Shown piece after piece: positions 35,701 to 48,569 of a DNA stretch of 64,000 nt. Location of the stretch: positions 63,674,001 to 63,738,000 of the forward strand of contig NC_067402.1 in NCBI RefSeq assembly GCF_016432865.1, written 5' to 3'. The position numbers and the translations under genes are program-made. The notes beneath the pieces are model-generated. The model was not told the origin of the DNA. It worked only from the letters and a program-made list of their open reading frames with translations, and did not search any database. This DNA comes from Antechinus flavipes (lineage: Eukaryota). How positions within the stretch are numbered: position 1 is the first letter of the stretch; each line of letters starts with the position of its first letter.

Positions 35701-36689
35701 CCAAACAATAAAAAAGAGAGAATTCTTCCTCCCTGAAATACTAAGCCAAAATAGCAGCTGCTGGAGTAAGATCTGTGGTTTAAAGGAGCACAAGTTCATG
35801 AATCCCTGGATATCTTGGGGAATAACAAAGTCTGAGAACTTCCAGAGCTGCCCTTAACTTATATGGAATTAATTTTAAGGCTCTCAGTCCCAAGCAGGAC
35901 AAGATGATACACATTGTACACAATATCCATGCACATAGTCCCGACACCAAACAGTGGAAATAAAAAAATAATAATTGAAAAAATATGCCTGGACTAGCAA
36001 TGGGATGGATGAAGAAATGGTGCCGTCCTCCATATGTATGTTCCTTGGCTGCTACAGGTGCTTTCATTGGCTTGGAAACCTCTGCTAATCAGATCATTAT
36101 TTTCTGCCATGCCATTTCATTAAAAATAAGCATAAAATTAATGGAATAAAATCCAATAAACTAGCTTACTTCTAAAAGAACTTAACAAAAGACAGACCTT
36201 GTTGACCTAATCACATTCTACTGAGCTACTATGTTCCATTTTAAAAAGCTACCAACAAATTCCTGGAGGTTAAGATTCTTTTTTCCATTCTTGGCAAGGC
36301 GTATGCAAGATTATCTTCATACCAATTTGCTCTGAATCTTTCGAAGAGGATTCTTCCTGGTTTCCTTGAAGTGGGACATTGATATTCTTGGATCTATGAA
36401 TTTGTTGAAGATAAAAATGAAAATACCTAGTTCCTTCCATTAAGAACAATATTTTTTTGGTGACAACTCCCCTCCTCCCTTCTTTCCACTATCCCCTCAG
36501 CTAAATTCCAGGAAATGTTTAGAATCTAAGAACAACTGGAGAAGTTAAAAAAAAAAAAAACACACATACACATACACACTAACTTTAATATAATGGCAGC
36601 TTCAAATTTAGACCTAGAAATGCTTTTTTCTTCCTATTTTAAAAAATTAATCTTAGCTGGAGTAGGAAACACCAATTCTTTATTTTTAC

Positions 36690-38650
36690 ATCTTTGTTCC
36701 CTTTTTCATTATCAGTTGCTATACAAGTAATCATAATCATTAATTTACATTTTTCTCTCTTTCAAATCTTCCCATCAAATCAGTTGCCAAGTCTTGTTTA
36801 CATTGCTTCCAAAGCTTCTTTCCTAGTATCATCTCCTCTTCTCTATTCTAATTCAGGTCCTCATTTTCTCTCACGTGGATAGTGCAGTGTAGCTCTTTAG
36901 ATACTTGTATCTGTAGTCAGAAGACTGAGTTCAAATTGCAACTCTTTCACTTATCAACTATGTGACTTTATACGTCATTTAACTTCTCTGGGCCTGTTTT
37001 CTCTTTTATAAATAAGAATATTAGACTAGATCTCTAAATTGATGTCCTTGTATCATCATACTATCTATAAAAACAATGATGAAACAGTCTTCTCTTAGTG
37101 GAGTTAGTGCCCAAATTAACGGTCTCATTCATGACTCTAATTGGTCTTCCTGCTTCCAGTCTCTTTCCTCTTCCATCTGGCCTCTCAAGACTAACAAACT
37201 GATCCCTAAGACACAGAAATGATCATGTCTCTTCCCTACTCAAAAATCTTCACTAGCTTTCTATTACTTTTAAGGATAAAATGCAAACTTTTTAAAATTA
37301 AAGCTTTTTATTTTCAAAACATATGCATGGATAATTTTTATCATTCACTTTTGCAAAACTGTGTTCCAAAATTTTTCCCTCCCTTCCCTCCACCCCCTGC
37401 CCTAGAGGGTAAGTAATCCAATATATGTTAAACATGTGCAATTCTTTTATTTCCATAAACATCATATTGCACAAGAAAAATCAGATCAAAAAGAGTAAAA
37501 AAAAAAATGAGAAAAAACAACATGCAAACAACAAAACAACAAAAAGAGTGAAAATACTGTGTTGTGATCCACACTCAATCCCCACAGTGCTCTCTCTGGG
37601 TGCAGATGGTTCTCTCCATCACAAGATCATTGGAACTGGTCTGAATCATGTCACTGTTGAAGAGAGCCACATCCATCAGAATTGGTCATTGTATAATCTT
37701 GCTGTTGCTGTGTTTAATGATTTCCTGGTTCTTCTCATTTCACTCAGCATCAGTTCACGTAAGTCTCTCCAGGCCCCTCTGGAATCACCTGCTGCTTGTT
37801 TCTTATAAAGTAATATTCTGTAACATTCATATACCATACTTTATTCAGCCATTCTCCAATTGATGGGCATCCCCTAAGTTTCCAGGTTTTTGCCACTATA
37901 TAAAGGGTTGCCACAAACATTTTGCACAAGTGGGCTTCCCTTTTTTTATAATCTCCTTGAGATACAGATCCAGTAGAGACACTGCTGGATCAAAGGGTAT
38001 GCATAGTTTGATAGCCCTTTGGATATACTTCCAAATCACTCTCCAGAATGGCTGGATCTATCTACTAACAATGCATCACTGTCTCAGTTTTCTCACATCC
38101 CCTCCAACATTCATCATTATCTTTTCCTGTCATTTTAGCCAATCTGAGAGGTGTGTAGTGGTATTTCAGAGTTTTCTTAATTTTAAATGCAAACTTTTCA
38201 ATAAGGATCTCAAAGCCCTACATAGACAGACTCCTTAGTTGTTCCAAACTAATGTAAACTCATCTTATTCACATTCATGGACTCTCCATACCAGTCAAAT
38301 CAGCTTCCTTGATGTGTCTTATATATGATGCTCCATCTTTTGCCCCTGTGACTTTTCACAAATGGCCTCTCATATCTAGAATGTATTTCCTCTTTACCTC
38401 TATCTTGGTAAAATACTTCACATCTGTCAAAGCACACTCAGATGGCACTTTTTAACACAGATTTTTTTGGTTCTGCTAATTATTTGCATTTTTTGTCTCT
38501 TTAATTGTGTGCATATCATACCACCCTAGTAGAATGTGAATTCTTTTAGGACAAGATTCTGTTTTCATCTTTATATATATATTTTTGTCTCCATCATCCT
38601 GTAATATGTCTAGCACAGTGTGAGTGAGTGCTCAGTAAATGGTTGTCAAA
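36690..38650 (+). mobile_element. L2 interrupted by a MIR (about 36865-37060) and a young L1 (37293-38184)
   Basis: L2 motifs are collinear across both insertions and end GTGCTCAGTAAATGGTTGTC. Confidence 0.75.
37293..38184 (-). mobile_element. 5'-truncated young L1 (892 bp) with 14-bp TSD
   Basis: TSD AAATGCAAACTTTT at 37279-37292 and 38185-38198; L1 3'UTR and ORF2-end motifs. Confidence 0.95.
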
Positions 38651-38699
38651 TTGAATTAAAACTTGGAAACCATGTAAAATATTGGCTATTAATCCTTTT

Positions 38700-39005
38700 A
38701 AGTTGACATCTTTTAAAATACAGTGTACTTCAATCTAGATTCTTACATCCCCATGTCTAAATGTTTACTGGATATCTCCACTTGTATCTCAATGTCACTT
38801 CAGACTTAATTTATACAGGATTGAATTCTCTCTCTTTGCTCCCTTCCTTTCCTTTTTCCTTCCCTTCCCCTCTTTTTCTCTCCCCTTCTCTCCCCTCTTT
38901 TTCTCTTTCTCCCCTTGCCTCTCCCTCTTCCTTCCTCTCTCTCACACACTATCTTTCTCTCTCTCTCTTTCTCTTTCACTCTGTTTCTGTCTCTATTCCT
39001 GTCTT

Positions 39006-39036
<31 letters not shown>

Positions 39037-39340
39037 TTGTCTGTCTGTCTGTCTCTCTCTCCCTCTCTCTCTCTGTCTCTTTCTCCTTGTCTATATTCCT
39101 GTCCCTCTCTGTGTATCTCTATCTCTTCTATCTCTCTATCTGTATGTCTGTCTCTTTCTCTCCCACCCCCACTCTGTCTTTGTCTCACCAGTTGCCTCTC
39201 CTAACTCGCTCCCTCTTTGACTCATACCAGTATTTTCATCTCCAAAGCTAGTTCAATCCTCTGGTTTCCTTGTCTAGCAATGACAGTGCCATCTTCTAGT
39301 CAACTGGATCCAAAACACTGTAATTCTTGACCCTTCTCCA
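38700..39340 (+). mobile_element. L2 fragment containing an expanded CT/CTGT microsatellite (38826-39205)
   Basis: ACTGGATATCTCCACTTGTATCTC...[CT-rich]...CCTGGTTTCC L2 motifs. Confidence 0.7.
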
Positions 39341-39949
39341 TGTTATTTTAAAATTGCAATAATATAAATGAAGTTCAATAAAGTTCAGCAAATTTAGCAC
39401 AAAAATACTACTTATGGAGGGGACTTGGATTCCAAGACTTAGTACCTATATAGCCTTAAACCATGTGAGACTCAGATACCTCCTCCTTAGAAAGATTGGA
39501 CTACATGGCTTTGGCAGTCCCTTCTTGTTTTATATCTATGATCCTACATATGTAATCCTGCCCTGAAGTTTAATCTTTTTCTTCATAATGATGTCATCAT
39601 TTCTCATAGTCTATATACTAGTACCACAAGCTCTGGCTTGTAGATAATACCAGAAAGACTCTGTAGATGAACTTAATGATAGACTTTGATCCCATCACTT
39701 GAAAAATAGTCTGATTAAATTCAGAGATGCTTGATATGGAAAGCTTGTCTGCCAGGCTATGAATTATTTTTGACCACAACAACTTGGAAGTAACAAACAG
39801 TGGTGGAGGTGGATAGGTAACTGATAAAATTGGAGTCGGACAGTGAGTTCAAATCCCATTTCTATCTTTTATTTACCAATATGCCAGTTATTGCTCTGAA
39901 CGAATCACTCTCCCTGCGGTTGTTTTTGTACAAAGGAAGCATTTTTGAT

Positions 39950-40195
39950 GGTTAGTCATTTTTCAGCCATGTCCAACTCTTCATCACCTCATTCAGGAGT
40001 TTTCTTGACAAAGACACTGAAGTGGTTTGCCATTTCCTTCTCCAACTTATTTTATAGATAAGAAAACTGAGGCAAACAAGGATAAGTGATTTGTAAAAGG
40101 TCATACAGCTAGTAAACTGAGGCCAGATTTGAATTCACAAAGAGGAGTCTTTCTGACTCTAGGTCTGGCATCTATCTATTATCCACCTAGTTTCC
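39950..40195 (-). mobile_element. Mar1-type CORE-SINE
   Basis: GTGGTTTGCCATTTCCTTCTCCAAC tail, CORE, head end ATCCACCTAGTTTCCC. Confidence 0.9.
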
Positions 40196-40454
40196 CTCTC
40201 ATGGGAGCATAGCATCAGATTACTTCTAAGGTTCCTTCCAGCTACAAATCTATTCCAGATACAAATCTATGAGGCTACATAATTAGATCATCCACAACAA
40301 CAAAGGTGAAGCAGGAGTCTCTGTTAGTAGAAGGATTTTACAAGCTGATAAAGTTATTCATCTTTGGAAATGGGAGTGGAAAGATAGCTGCCAGGATCCA
40401 TGACTTTAAGAGGTATTATTTTAAAAGAAAAAAAAAAACACATACCAAGACCAA

Positions 40455-40660
40455 AGTCAGGAAAGCTTGTCTTCTTGAGTTCAAATTCAGGTTCAGACAC
40501 TTACGAGCTGTGTGATCCTACTCAAGCCACTTAACTGGGTTTGCCTCAGTTCCTAGTCTATAAAATCAGCTCAAGTAGGAAAAAGCAGAACCACTCCTAT
40601 ATATGTGTTAAGAAAACCACAAATGGGGTCACAAGGAGTTGGACAAGACAAAATGACTCA
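40455..40660 (+). mobile_element. Mar1-type CORE-SINE
   Basis: GAGTTCAAATTCAGGTTCAGACACTTAC, CORE, AAATGGGGTCACAAGGAGTTGGAC tail. Confidence 0.85.
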
Positions 40661-42400
40661 ACTGTGTACTTTTACAGAAAGATAGTACGAATACTGTGTA
40701 TGTTCAAAGATCCAAAGCAGACTTCTTGCCAAATCATGGGTAGGTTCTCTACATAGGATTTTGAATGAGGTCTGGAAAAGAATTGCAAAGGGGGGAAAAA
40801 AAAAACCTGGAATCATAAGTGATCTGGATCAATGGAAGGGGCACTCACAATTGCATGATCTCAAACCCCTCATAGTATTAAATTAGTCAAGGTTGGGCAT
40901 GGTACTTTAAATAGCTGCTATTTTAAGTTAAAGGCCTGGGATCATTTCATTCCAAATGAGCTTTTTCTATCAATCCACTGACAGAAATAGTATCTGTAGA
41001 GTTAGACTGAGTTTTTCAGGACCAGGTGCTAGGCAATCAGTCAATAAACAGATAAAGATGGTGCTAAATCTTTTCTGGAAAATAGATATTTTGCCAAGAA
41101 AAAATGGTTCCACTTGCTGAATTACATTTTTTTTTATCATGCTATGTGTTGGGACTACATGTTCATATTAGAATTGCATAAAACTTTGGCACTTATGAAT
41201 GGAATGATACTCTATTTGCCGAGTTCCAGTCAATTTTTATATCATTAAAACTCTCAGCTTCTAGGCTGAGGTGTGCAGAGTACACGGCATTATTTTAATA
41301 AATAATTCTCATCTGACATGACATGAAGGCAGATGGATAAAGCAGGTAACCCTTTACAGGCCTCATCCATACCTCTAATTCTAAGCTGGAACATTTGTAA
41401 ACCTTTTTTTTTAATGATGATATTGAATTTTGGATACCAGACTCTGTGGTCAGCACTTCCTTATTGTGAAGATTAATCAGCTTTATTTTATAAACACCAA
41501 GAAATTCTTAAAGGCCTCTTGATATCTTTTCATCATATATTCCACTGGTATTATTAACTCATCTTGTTGAAGCTGTCCTCATCCTTCCCCCCAATTTGTA
41601 CAAATTGTTTACATTTTAATTCAATTAAGCTCATTATTTGCTCCAACTTATGACAAATATACACAGTCCTTGCTATTATTCAATAAAAACTGCTAGTCTG
41701 TTCTTCAAAGCAATAAATGAGACTTGTCAGTGTTGTAAGTCTGTTTCCTGAATTGATATGTACAAAGCAATTTTTTAGGTATTAGTTGCTGGGTACAGTT
41801 AGTTCCCAAACATTTAGTGCACTGAGTTTACATATGGGATTCTTTAAGTGGGTTCTAATGTTTCTATAATCTGGTAAAATGCTATTAATCTTTTGTGGCC
41901 ACTTTTTAAAAAGTACTCTGTGTGCTGAAAACAGGTTCAGAAATTCAAACTAATTTTATGTGGAGTCATACACTATCATTACACCAGCATAATTAATTGT
42001 CTTAATAAAAGGATTGGTGGATCCTTATAAGGAACACAGCACTCTTAATTGTTTATGTTGTTAAAATTCAAACAAAAATAATTATTCATTGCTTATTTGT
42101 TCATGTTTTGCATTACCTGATACAGTTACGATTATGTGGCATCTTGTTAGATGCTTGGGAGTATTTAGGAGAAATTTGGGGTGACCTTGAAATGATCTCT
42201 ACGGTTCCAGCTGCTTACTCTAAACTCATACAATACCAGATGTGAAATCAGTGCATCTGCATTCAAACGCTCTCCTGTGGATATCGAGTGATGAAACAGA
42301 CAAGACCATAATGACAGGCTGATTAGACAGGTTTGGCAGAAAGGGAATTCTGAAGACATTCATGAATCATTGTAGACCTGCATGAAATGCAGGCCACATC

Positions 42401-42406
42401 TTTATT
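42401..42406 (-). terminator. Candidate distal polyadenylation signal (AATAAA) of ODAD2
   Basis: TTTATT on the + strand, about 330 nt downstream of the stop codon. Confidence 0.35.
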
Positions 42407-42574
42407 TAAATTACAGAAATGTAAAAGCATCACTGAAATAATTTTTTTTAATTGGGGTTAATTTCTGGGGAAATCACAAATTTTTAATAGGGATATATTT
42501 TGTTAATGATATACTGGAAAACACTAAATTATCTAAAAGGATCCATACAATTTTTAAATTAAAAAGCACCTTTT

Positions 42575-42734
42575 GCATATTTAATTTGTGTGTTTTTATT
42601 TAAGTATTTGCTTTTCCTTCTTCTTCTTAAAAAAAAAATTACTAATAAATGCCTCCCTATTTATGCTGCCTGGCCACGAAATCACATGTTCAGTGTCACA
42701 TAAAATTTAGTACCTAGTAAAATCTGTTCAGACT
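42575..42734 (-). other. ODAD2: Minimal 3'UTR of ODAD2 (may extend to about 42380)
   Basis: Lies between the stop codon and the first AATAAA; inferred, no transcript data. Confidence 0.5.
42595..42600 (-). terminator. Candidate proximal polyadenylation signal (AATAAA) of ODAD2
   Basis: TTTATT on the + strand, about 135 nt after the stop; followed on the minus strand by ATTAAA, a CA at about 42575 and a GT/T-rich element (GGTGCTTTTTAATTT). Confidence 0.5.
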
Positions 42735-42848
42735 TCAACTATATCTTGCCTTCTCTGTGGCTAGAGCCAGCCTGCGAATGTTTGCAATACAACCAGCTGC
42801 CGCTTCTTGGAGCACTTCATCAGGCGAGCCAACCATATCCAGTAAAAG
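42735..42848 (-). CDS. ODAD2: Terminal coding exon of ODAD2/ARMC4 (outer dynein arm docking complex subunit 2, armadillo repeats)
   Basis: Long polypyrimidine tract ending T-run-GCCCTAG| then phase-0 CTT TTA CTG GAT ATG...TAT AGT TGA = [37 protein letters not shown]. This matches my recollection of the human ARMC4 C-terminus ([37 protein letters not shown]). Absent from the supplied ORF track. Confidence 0.95.
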   Translation of the reverse strand, partial: LLLDMVGSPDEVLQEAAAGCIANIRRLALATEKARYS

Positions 42849-43619
42849 CTAGGGCAAAAAAAAAAAAAGGGGGTGGGGGAGAGAAAAGGAGAGAGAAAAG
42901 AACCAAAAATTAATCTCAAAGTTAAACACAATGAAATCATATGATTGAAACAGTTCCAAATCATGTAGGGAAATCATGGACAAGGGTTAGAGTATGATTT
43001 TAGGCAATACAGTAAGTGAAAGTAGACTTGGTAATGATGACTTGAAGGGTTTGAGGGCTGAAACGACTTTTTGTTATTAAGGGTTCTGCCAGGTTCTTGA
43101 GTTTTTTCCCTTGCCTTTGAATATTTCCTATCCCTTTCAGTAGGTAGCTAGGATAAATCAAAGTTCTGATTATTTTAATTCTCCAGAAGCTTTCTCATTT
43201 CTAACCCTCGTTCCCTTTTGAGTACTACCTCCTTATTTCAGAACCTTAATAACTCTTTTCCCCCCATTTATTAGAGCTTACTATATGCTTTTCCCCCACG
43301 ACCATCCCTATTAATATAGTCACTAAAAACAAATTTCCACAACAACCATACCTCCCCTCCCCCCAAAAAGTTTGTCTCCTACATCTTTCTATTATGAGAT
43401 AGACAGCATGTTTAATCATTAGTTCTCTGGAGTCATGAGTGGTTATTACACTGATTAAAATTCAGTACAATAGTATTCCATCATGTTTCTATACCACAAC
43501 TTTACACATTCTCCAACTTATGGACACCCCTCCAATTTCCATACTTTGTTTCTTTAGAGTCATAATTTTTTTTTTTACATTCTTAGATTTTTGTTTAGAA
43601 GTAATCCTTCCCTTAATCT

Positions 43620-43845
43620 TTGTTGTTCAGTCGTTTGGGTTGTGTCCAATTGTTTTGGACTGCATTTGAAGTTTTCTTGGCAAAGATATTGGAGTGTCCA
43701 GCTCATTTTACAGATGAGGAAACTGAGGCAAACAGATTGAGTGACAGGATCACACAGATAGTAAGTATTGGAAGCCAGACTTGAATTCAAGAAGATGAAA
43801 CTCCATGTATGGTACTGTACACACTATGGAGCCATGTAGCTGCTC
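43620..43845 (-). mobile_element. Mar1-type CORE-SINE nested in the old L1, with 11-bp near-TSD
   Basis: TCCCTTAATCT (43609-43619) / TCCCTTAGTCT (43846-43856); BovB-like tail and CORE. Confidence 0.9.
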
Positions 43846-44024
43846 TCCCTTAGTCTGCCCTCCCTCTTAATTCCCACAATCCCCTTCTCCTCTTCCCCTC
43901 CTATTTTCCTAGTAAGTAAAATATACTTTTGTACTAAACTCAGTGTGAATGCTCTTTCTTCTTTTGACCAATTCATATGAGAATGACATTGAAGTGTCAG
44001 CAGCTTCCCTCCATACTGTATTGC

Positions 44025-44055
<31 letters not shown>

Positions 44056-44881
44056 TTAGGTGTGTGTATGTGTATATATACTTGTGCATCCTCATTACGT
44101 AAGATAATTTCCCCTAAATTTTCCTTTCCTGTCTCCCATCCTTACCTCTAATGAATTATTCTTCTGCTCTTTTCCCATTTTTCTTTTTAGTCATCAAGAT
44201 CTAACAGAACCACATTCAAGCCTTGTCTAAATGGACTTCCTTTACAAACCCTGATGATTAAATAGAATTCAAAGACAATACATATATCATCTGTCTGTAT
44301 TAGAATGGAAGCAGTTTGTTCCTTGTTTATTCCTTTATCACATTGTTTATTTGTGTTTACTTTTTGATCTTTCTCTTCATGTCTGTGTTTGAACTTTAAA
44401 ATTTCTCCAAAACTCTGGTCTTTTCATTAGGAATGCTTGGAAGTCCTCTATTTCATCTAAGATCCATTTTCTCCCAATATAATTATACACAGTTTTGTTG
44501 GACAAATTATTCTTGACTATAAGACCCCAATCCTTTGACTTCTGGCATGTCATATTCCAAATTCTCTACTTCTTTATAGTGGTGGCCCTGACAGTGTCTT
44601 GCTAGTACTTGAATTCTTTCTTTTTGGCTATTTGTAGTATTCTCTTTTTCTTTGAACTGGAAGTCCTGGATTTTATTATGAGTTTTCTGGAAGTTTTCAT
44701 TTTAGAGTTTCTTTTAGGAGATGACTGGTGGATTTTTTTTTATTTCTACTTTACTCTTTAGTCATGAGATCTGGGTAGTTTTCTTTTTAAGAGTTCTTGA
44801 AATATAATGACTAGGTTGTTTTGTTTTTGTTTTTGTCTTTTTGGCCATGGTGTTTGGATTTGAAAATCCAGGTCTGTTATT

Positions 44882-45029
44882 NNNNNNNNNNNNNNNNNNN
44901 NNNNNNNNNNNNNNNNNNNNNNNNNNNNNNNNNNNNNNNNNNNNNNNNNNNNNNNNNNNNNNNNNNNNNNNNNNNNNNNNNNNNNNNNNNNNNNNNNNNN
45001 NNNNNNNNNNNNNNNNNNNNNNNNNNNNN
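44882..45029. other. Assembly gap (148 N)
   Basis: Run of N within the L1. Confidence 1.
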
Positions 45030-47319
45030 CTTTGTTTTCATTATTCTTGTTGCTTCCTGGAGTGACTGGCTTCTATTTGGTCCATTCTATTTTTCAGGGA
45101 CCTTGTTGCTTGGTCAAGGTTTTATATCTCTCATCCTAAGCTGTTAATTCCCTTTCCAATCTTTCTTCAGTAGCTCTCATTTCCTTTTAAAATTTTTCCC
45201 TTAAGTACTCTCATTTCAGTTATAAAAAGCATTTTTAATCTTTTAAAACTCTTGCTTTTTCTCTTGCCTCTTCAGGATTTCTAGTTGAGTTTGTGCCCAA
45301 GCTGTGTTTTCCTCTGAGGCATTGTTAGTAGATGTTTTGGAGCCATTTTCCCCTGCATTTGTTTCTTGAGTGTCCCTGTCACCATAATAGTTTATTGTGG
45401 CGTGCCCATATTCCCAGTCTACTTCCAACTTTGGATCTAATATTAGAACTAATATAGGACTAGGTCCTATGACACTTCTGTAGGGAATTCTCCAGTTGTT
45501 GCTTTTTTTTTAGGGTAGTAAATATTATATCATTCCAGTATCTCAGGGTCAGGCTGAGGATCTCCAAGCTTTCAGGTCTTTTAATAGTCTGAAAGTCTTA
45601 TTTCTGCCTCCTTGTCTGAACTGCACAAATTTCTGACCTGATTTTGGGTCTGTGTGAGTTGGACCATTGTTGGACTTGACCCCTATCTTCCAGCTGAGAA
45701 GATCCATTGGTTCAAAGTAGCAGAACTATGAGCTCCTTTTTGGTCAGGGATTCCTGCCCTGGTTATTCCTCTGCAGATTGGGTCAGATGCTGGAAGTACG
45801 AATGTTCTTTGTATGTGAAGAATGAGCCACATCACTGTGGCTGCTGCTGCTGGCTTCTGAACTTTCTCCTACTGAAAACACTACTCCTCTGATCAGATCC
45901 CTTTCTCAGTCTGTTGCAGATTTGTGACTCAAAACTGGAGAGTGGGCAACAAAGTTGCCAACTCACACCTGTCCCTATCTCAGTGAGCCATGAGTCTGGG
46001 ATGTCTTCTAGCCCTGGCTTAAAGCCCCGTTTTAGGCAATGGACTGTTCTCCTGTCCTGTATCCTTATGATGAACTGGACTGGACAAATGACTCACTGTG
46101 ACTTTTTCTGGATTTCTTTGTCAGGATTCAATCTGGTGGGGTTTTTTTTAGTTCTGTTTGGAGGAGATTTTGGAGAAGAACTCACTATAGTATTTTTGAT
46201 AATTTTGCAATCTGGGATCCCCCTGACTTTATTAATAACCTTCTCTATTTCCAACACATTCCCCATAGCACTTTCTTAAAGTAGATTACTTACTTTGCAG
46301 AGTTAATGAGAGGATCAAAATGGCAAACTTAGAATTTGAACATCGATCCTTTTATTCTAAATTCCATGTTCATCCTACTGTACCATGATTCAACACAACT
46401 TTCTGGATTTATTTTACATTATTCATCTTCCCTTTTTTGGTTGTGATTGGAAGTAGATCCAGGATATTCCCAAGGGAAGAAGGCAGTGGTGGTAAAGGGG
46501 ATTCTCCTGTTATAGACATAGCTGTTCTAATAGGAACCTATCTGTGGGGTAATTGTGGGGTGGGAAAGGAGATATGTTTAGAAAGGGGCACTATGGTGAA
46601 AGAATCCTGGAGGTGAGGCTGAGTGAAGGAGCAGGGTTCCTATCCATAGTGTAGACTGTTGGAAGATCATGAGGAGAGCTGAAGCACATATGCAGATTGC
46701 CATAGGCAAGAAATATAGTTGACTTCTAGGAGAAAAAGTATGTCCCTACTAGAAGCCAACAGCCTGGAACATAGCTCCAGAGACTTTGCTCTAGTTATAT
46801 ATAAGGATACTTGATAAGTGATTTTTAACCTGAAATGCATTAATGCCCATCTAATCCCATAATTAGCACTTAAAAAAGAGTTAATGAAATCCATTTGTAT
46901 CCTATTTGTTTGTAAATGTTTTTTATACTAAAATTAATTTGCTAAAGGAGGGAACAGAAGCTGCAGTCTCCACTCTATGCAGTCAGTGTAATAATTGAAA
47001 AAATATTCTTTGTACAAAATAGGACAACAGCTACTAGTCTGTTACTATCCCATAATTTCAAAATGAAAAAAATGATGGCACTAATCCTTTGAATTAAAAA
47101 AAACCAGTATCACAATGATAGCTAATATTTAATTACTTTTATAAACTAGTATAAACTAATATAAAACAAGGAGTTTACAAATTAGAATAAAAGTTTAATA
47201 CCTCATTTGATTTTTTTAAAAGATCCTTATACTAACAAGGGATAGTTTACCTCACAGATTAGATTTGTGGAGAAGGAGGGAATTTATGGTCAAAGAAGAA
47301 TTAGAGAACAGCATGAAAT

Positions 47320-48520
47320 GAAAAATGGATAATTTTTATTATATTAAATTAAAAAGCTTTTGAATGAAAAACCCAAAATTAGAAGGGAAGCAGAAAACGG
47401 GGGGAAATTTTTATATTCAAGGGTTCTGATAACAGCCTCATTTCTAAAACATATAGAGAATTGACTCAAATTTATAAGTACACAAGCCATTCTCCAAGTG
47501 ATAAATGGTCAAAGGATACAAATAATTTTCATATGAAGAAATTAAAACCATCTTTAGTCATATGAAAAAATGTTTTAAATTACCATTGATTAGAGAAATG
47601 CAAATTAAGACAACTCTGAGGTAGCACTACACATCTCTCAGATGGGCTAACATGACAGGAAAAGATAATAAAGAATGTTGGAGGGAATGTGGGAAAACTG
47701 GGACACTGATACATTGTTGATGGAATTGTGAATTGATCTAACCATTCTGGAAAGGAATTTGGAACTATGCCCAAAGGGTTCTCAAACTCTCCATACCCTT
47801 TGATCCAACAGTGTCTCTACTGGGTTTGTATTCCAAAGAGATCATAAAAAAGGAAAAGGACATGTATAAAAATGTAGCAGTCTTTTTTGTAGTGACAAGG
47901 AATTGAAAACTGAATGGATGCCCATCAATTGGAGAATGGCTGAATAAATTATGATATGTGAATGTTATGGAATATTATTGTTCTATAAAAACAATATCTA
48001 TAAAAGCAAAAAAAGATCAGCAGAGTGATTTCAGAAAGGCCTGAAGATACTTACATGAACTAATACTGAGTGAAATGAGTAGAACCAAGAGAACATTGTA
48101 TACAACAATAAGATTAAGTACTGATCAACCGTGATGGATGTGACTTTTCAACAGTGAGGTGATTCAGTCCAATTCCAATATACTTTTGATGGAGAGAGCC
48201 ATCTGAACCCACAGAAAAGACTGTGAAGACTGAATGTGAATCACAACATAGTATTTTCACCTTTTTTGTTGTTGTTTGCTTGATTTTTTTTCTTTCTTAT
48301 TTGTTCTTTTTTATTTGTTTTTTCTTGTGCAGCATGATAAATGTGGAAATATGTATAGAAGAATTGTACATGTTTAATATAAATTTGATTACTTGCTCTC
48401 TAGGGGAGAAGGTGAAGGGAAAGGAGGGAGGAAAATTTGGAAAACAAGGTTTTGCAGGGGTGAATATTGAAAACTATCTTTGCATATATTTTAAAAATAA
48501 AAACCTATTATTAAAAATTA
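47320..48520 (+). mobile_element. L1 3' fragment (ORF2 C-terminus plus 3'UTR, about 1.2 kb)
   Basis: GAGAAATGCAAATTAAGACAACTCTGAGG, TTGGAACTATGCCCAAAGG, GAATGGCTGAATAAATTATG; ends at AAAAATAAAAACCTATTATTAAAAATT. Confidence 0.93.
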
Positions 48521-48569
48521 AATTTTTTATACCATCCATGTGAGGTAGCTACTATTTTCATTTTGTTAT

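Larger units (their letters stand above)
43270..46200 (-). mobile_element. Old, heavily deleted L1 retaining 3' end, ORF2/ORF1 remnants and 5'UTR
   Basis: 3'UTR-like pyrimidine sequence 43270-44260, antisense ORF1 motifs (CTAGTTGAGTTTGTGCCCAAGCTG at about 45285), 5'UTR-like sequence 45500-46200. Confidence 0.7.

Noticed and set aside
38761-39220. 147 and 101 aa S/L-rich ORFs
   Set aside because: CT microsatellite expansion within an L2.
42764-42844. Plus-strand reading [26 protein letters not shown] with an apparent AG acceptor
   Set aside because: It is the antisense of the ODAD2 terminal exon, which explains the sequence fully.
44821-45147. ORFs spanning X runs
   Set aside because: Artefact of translating through the 148-N assembly gap.
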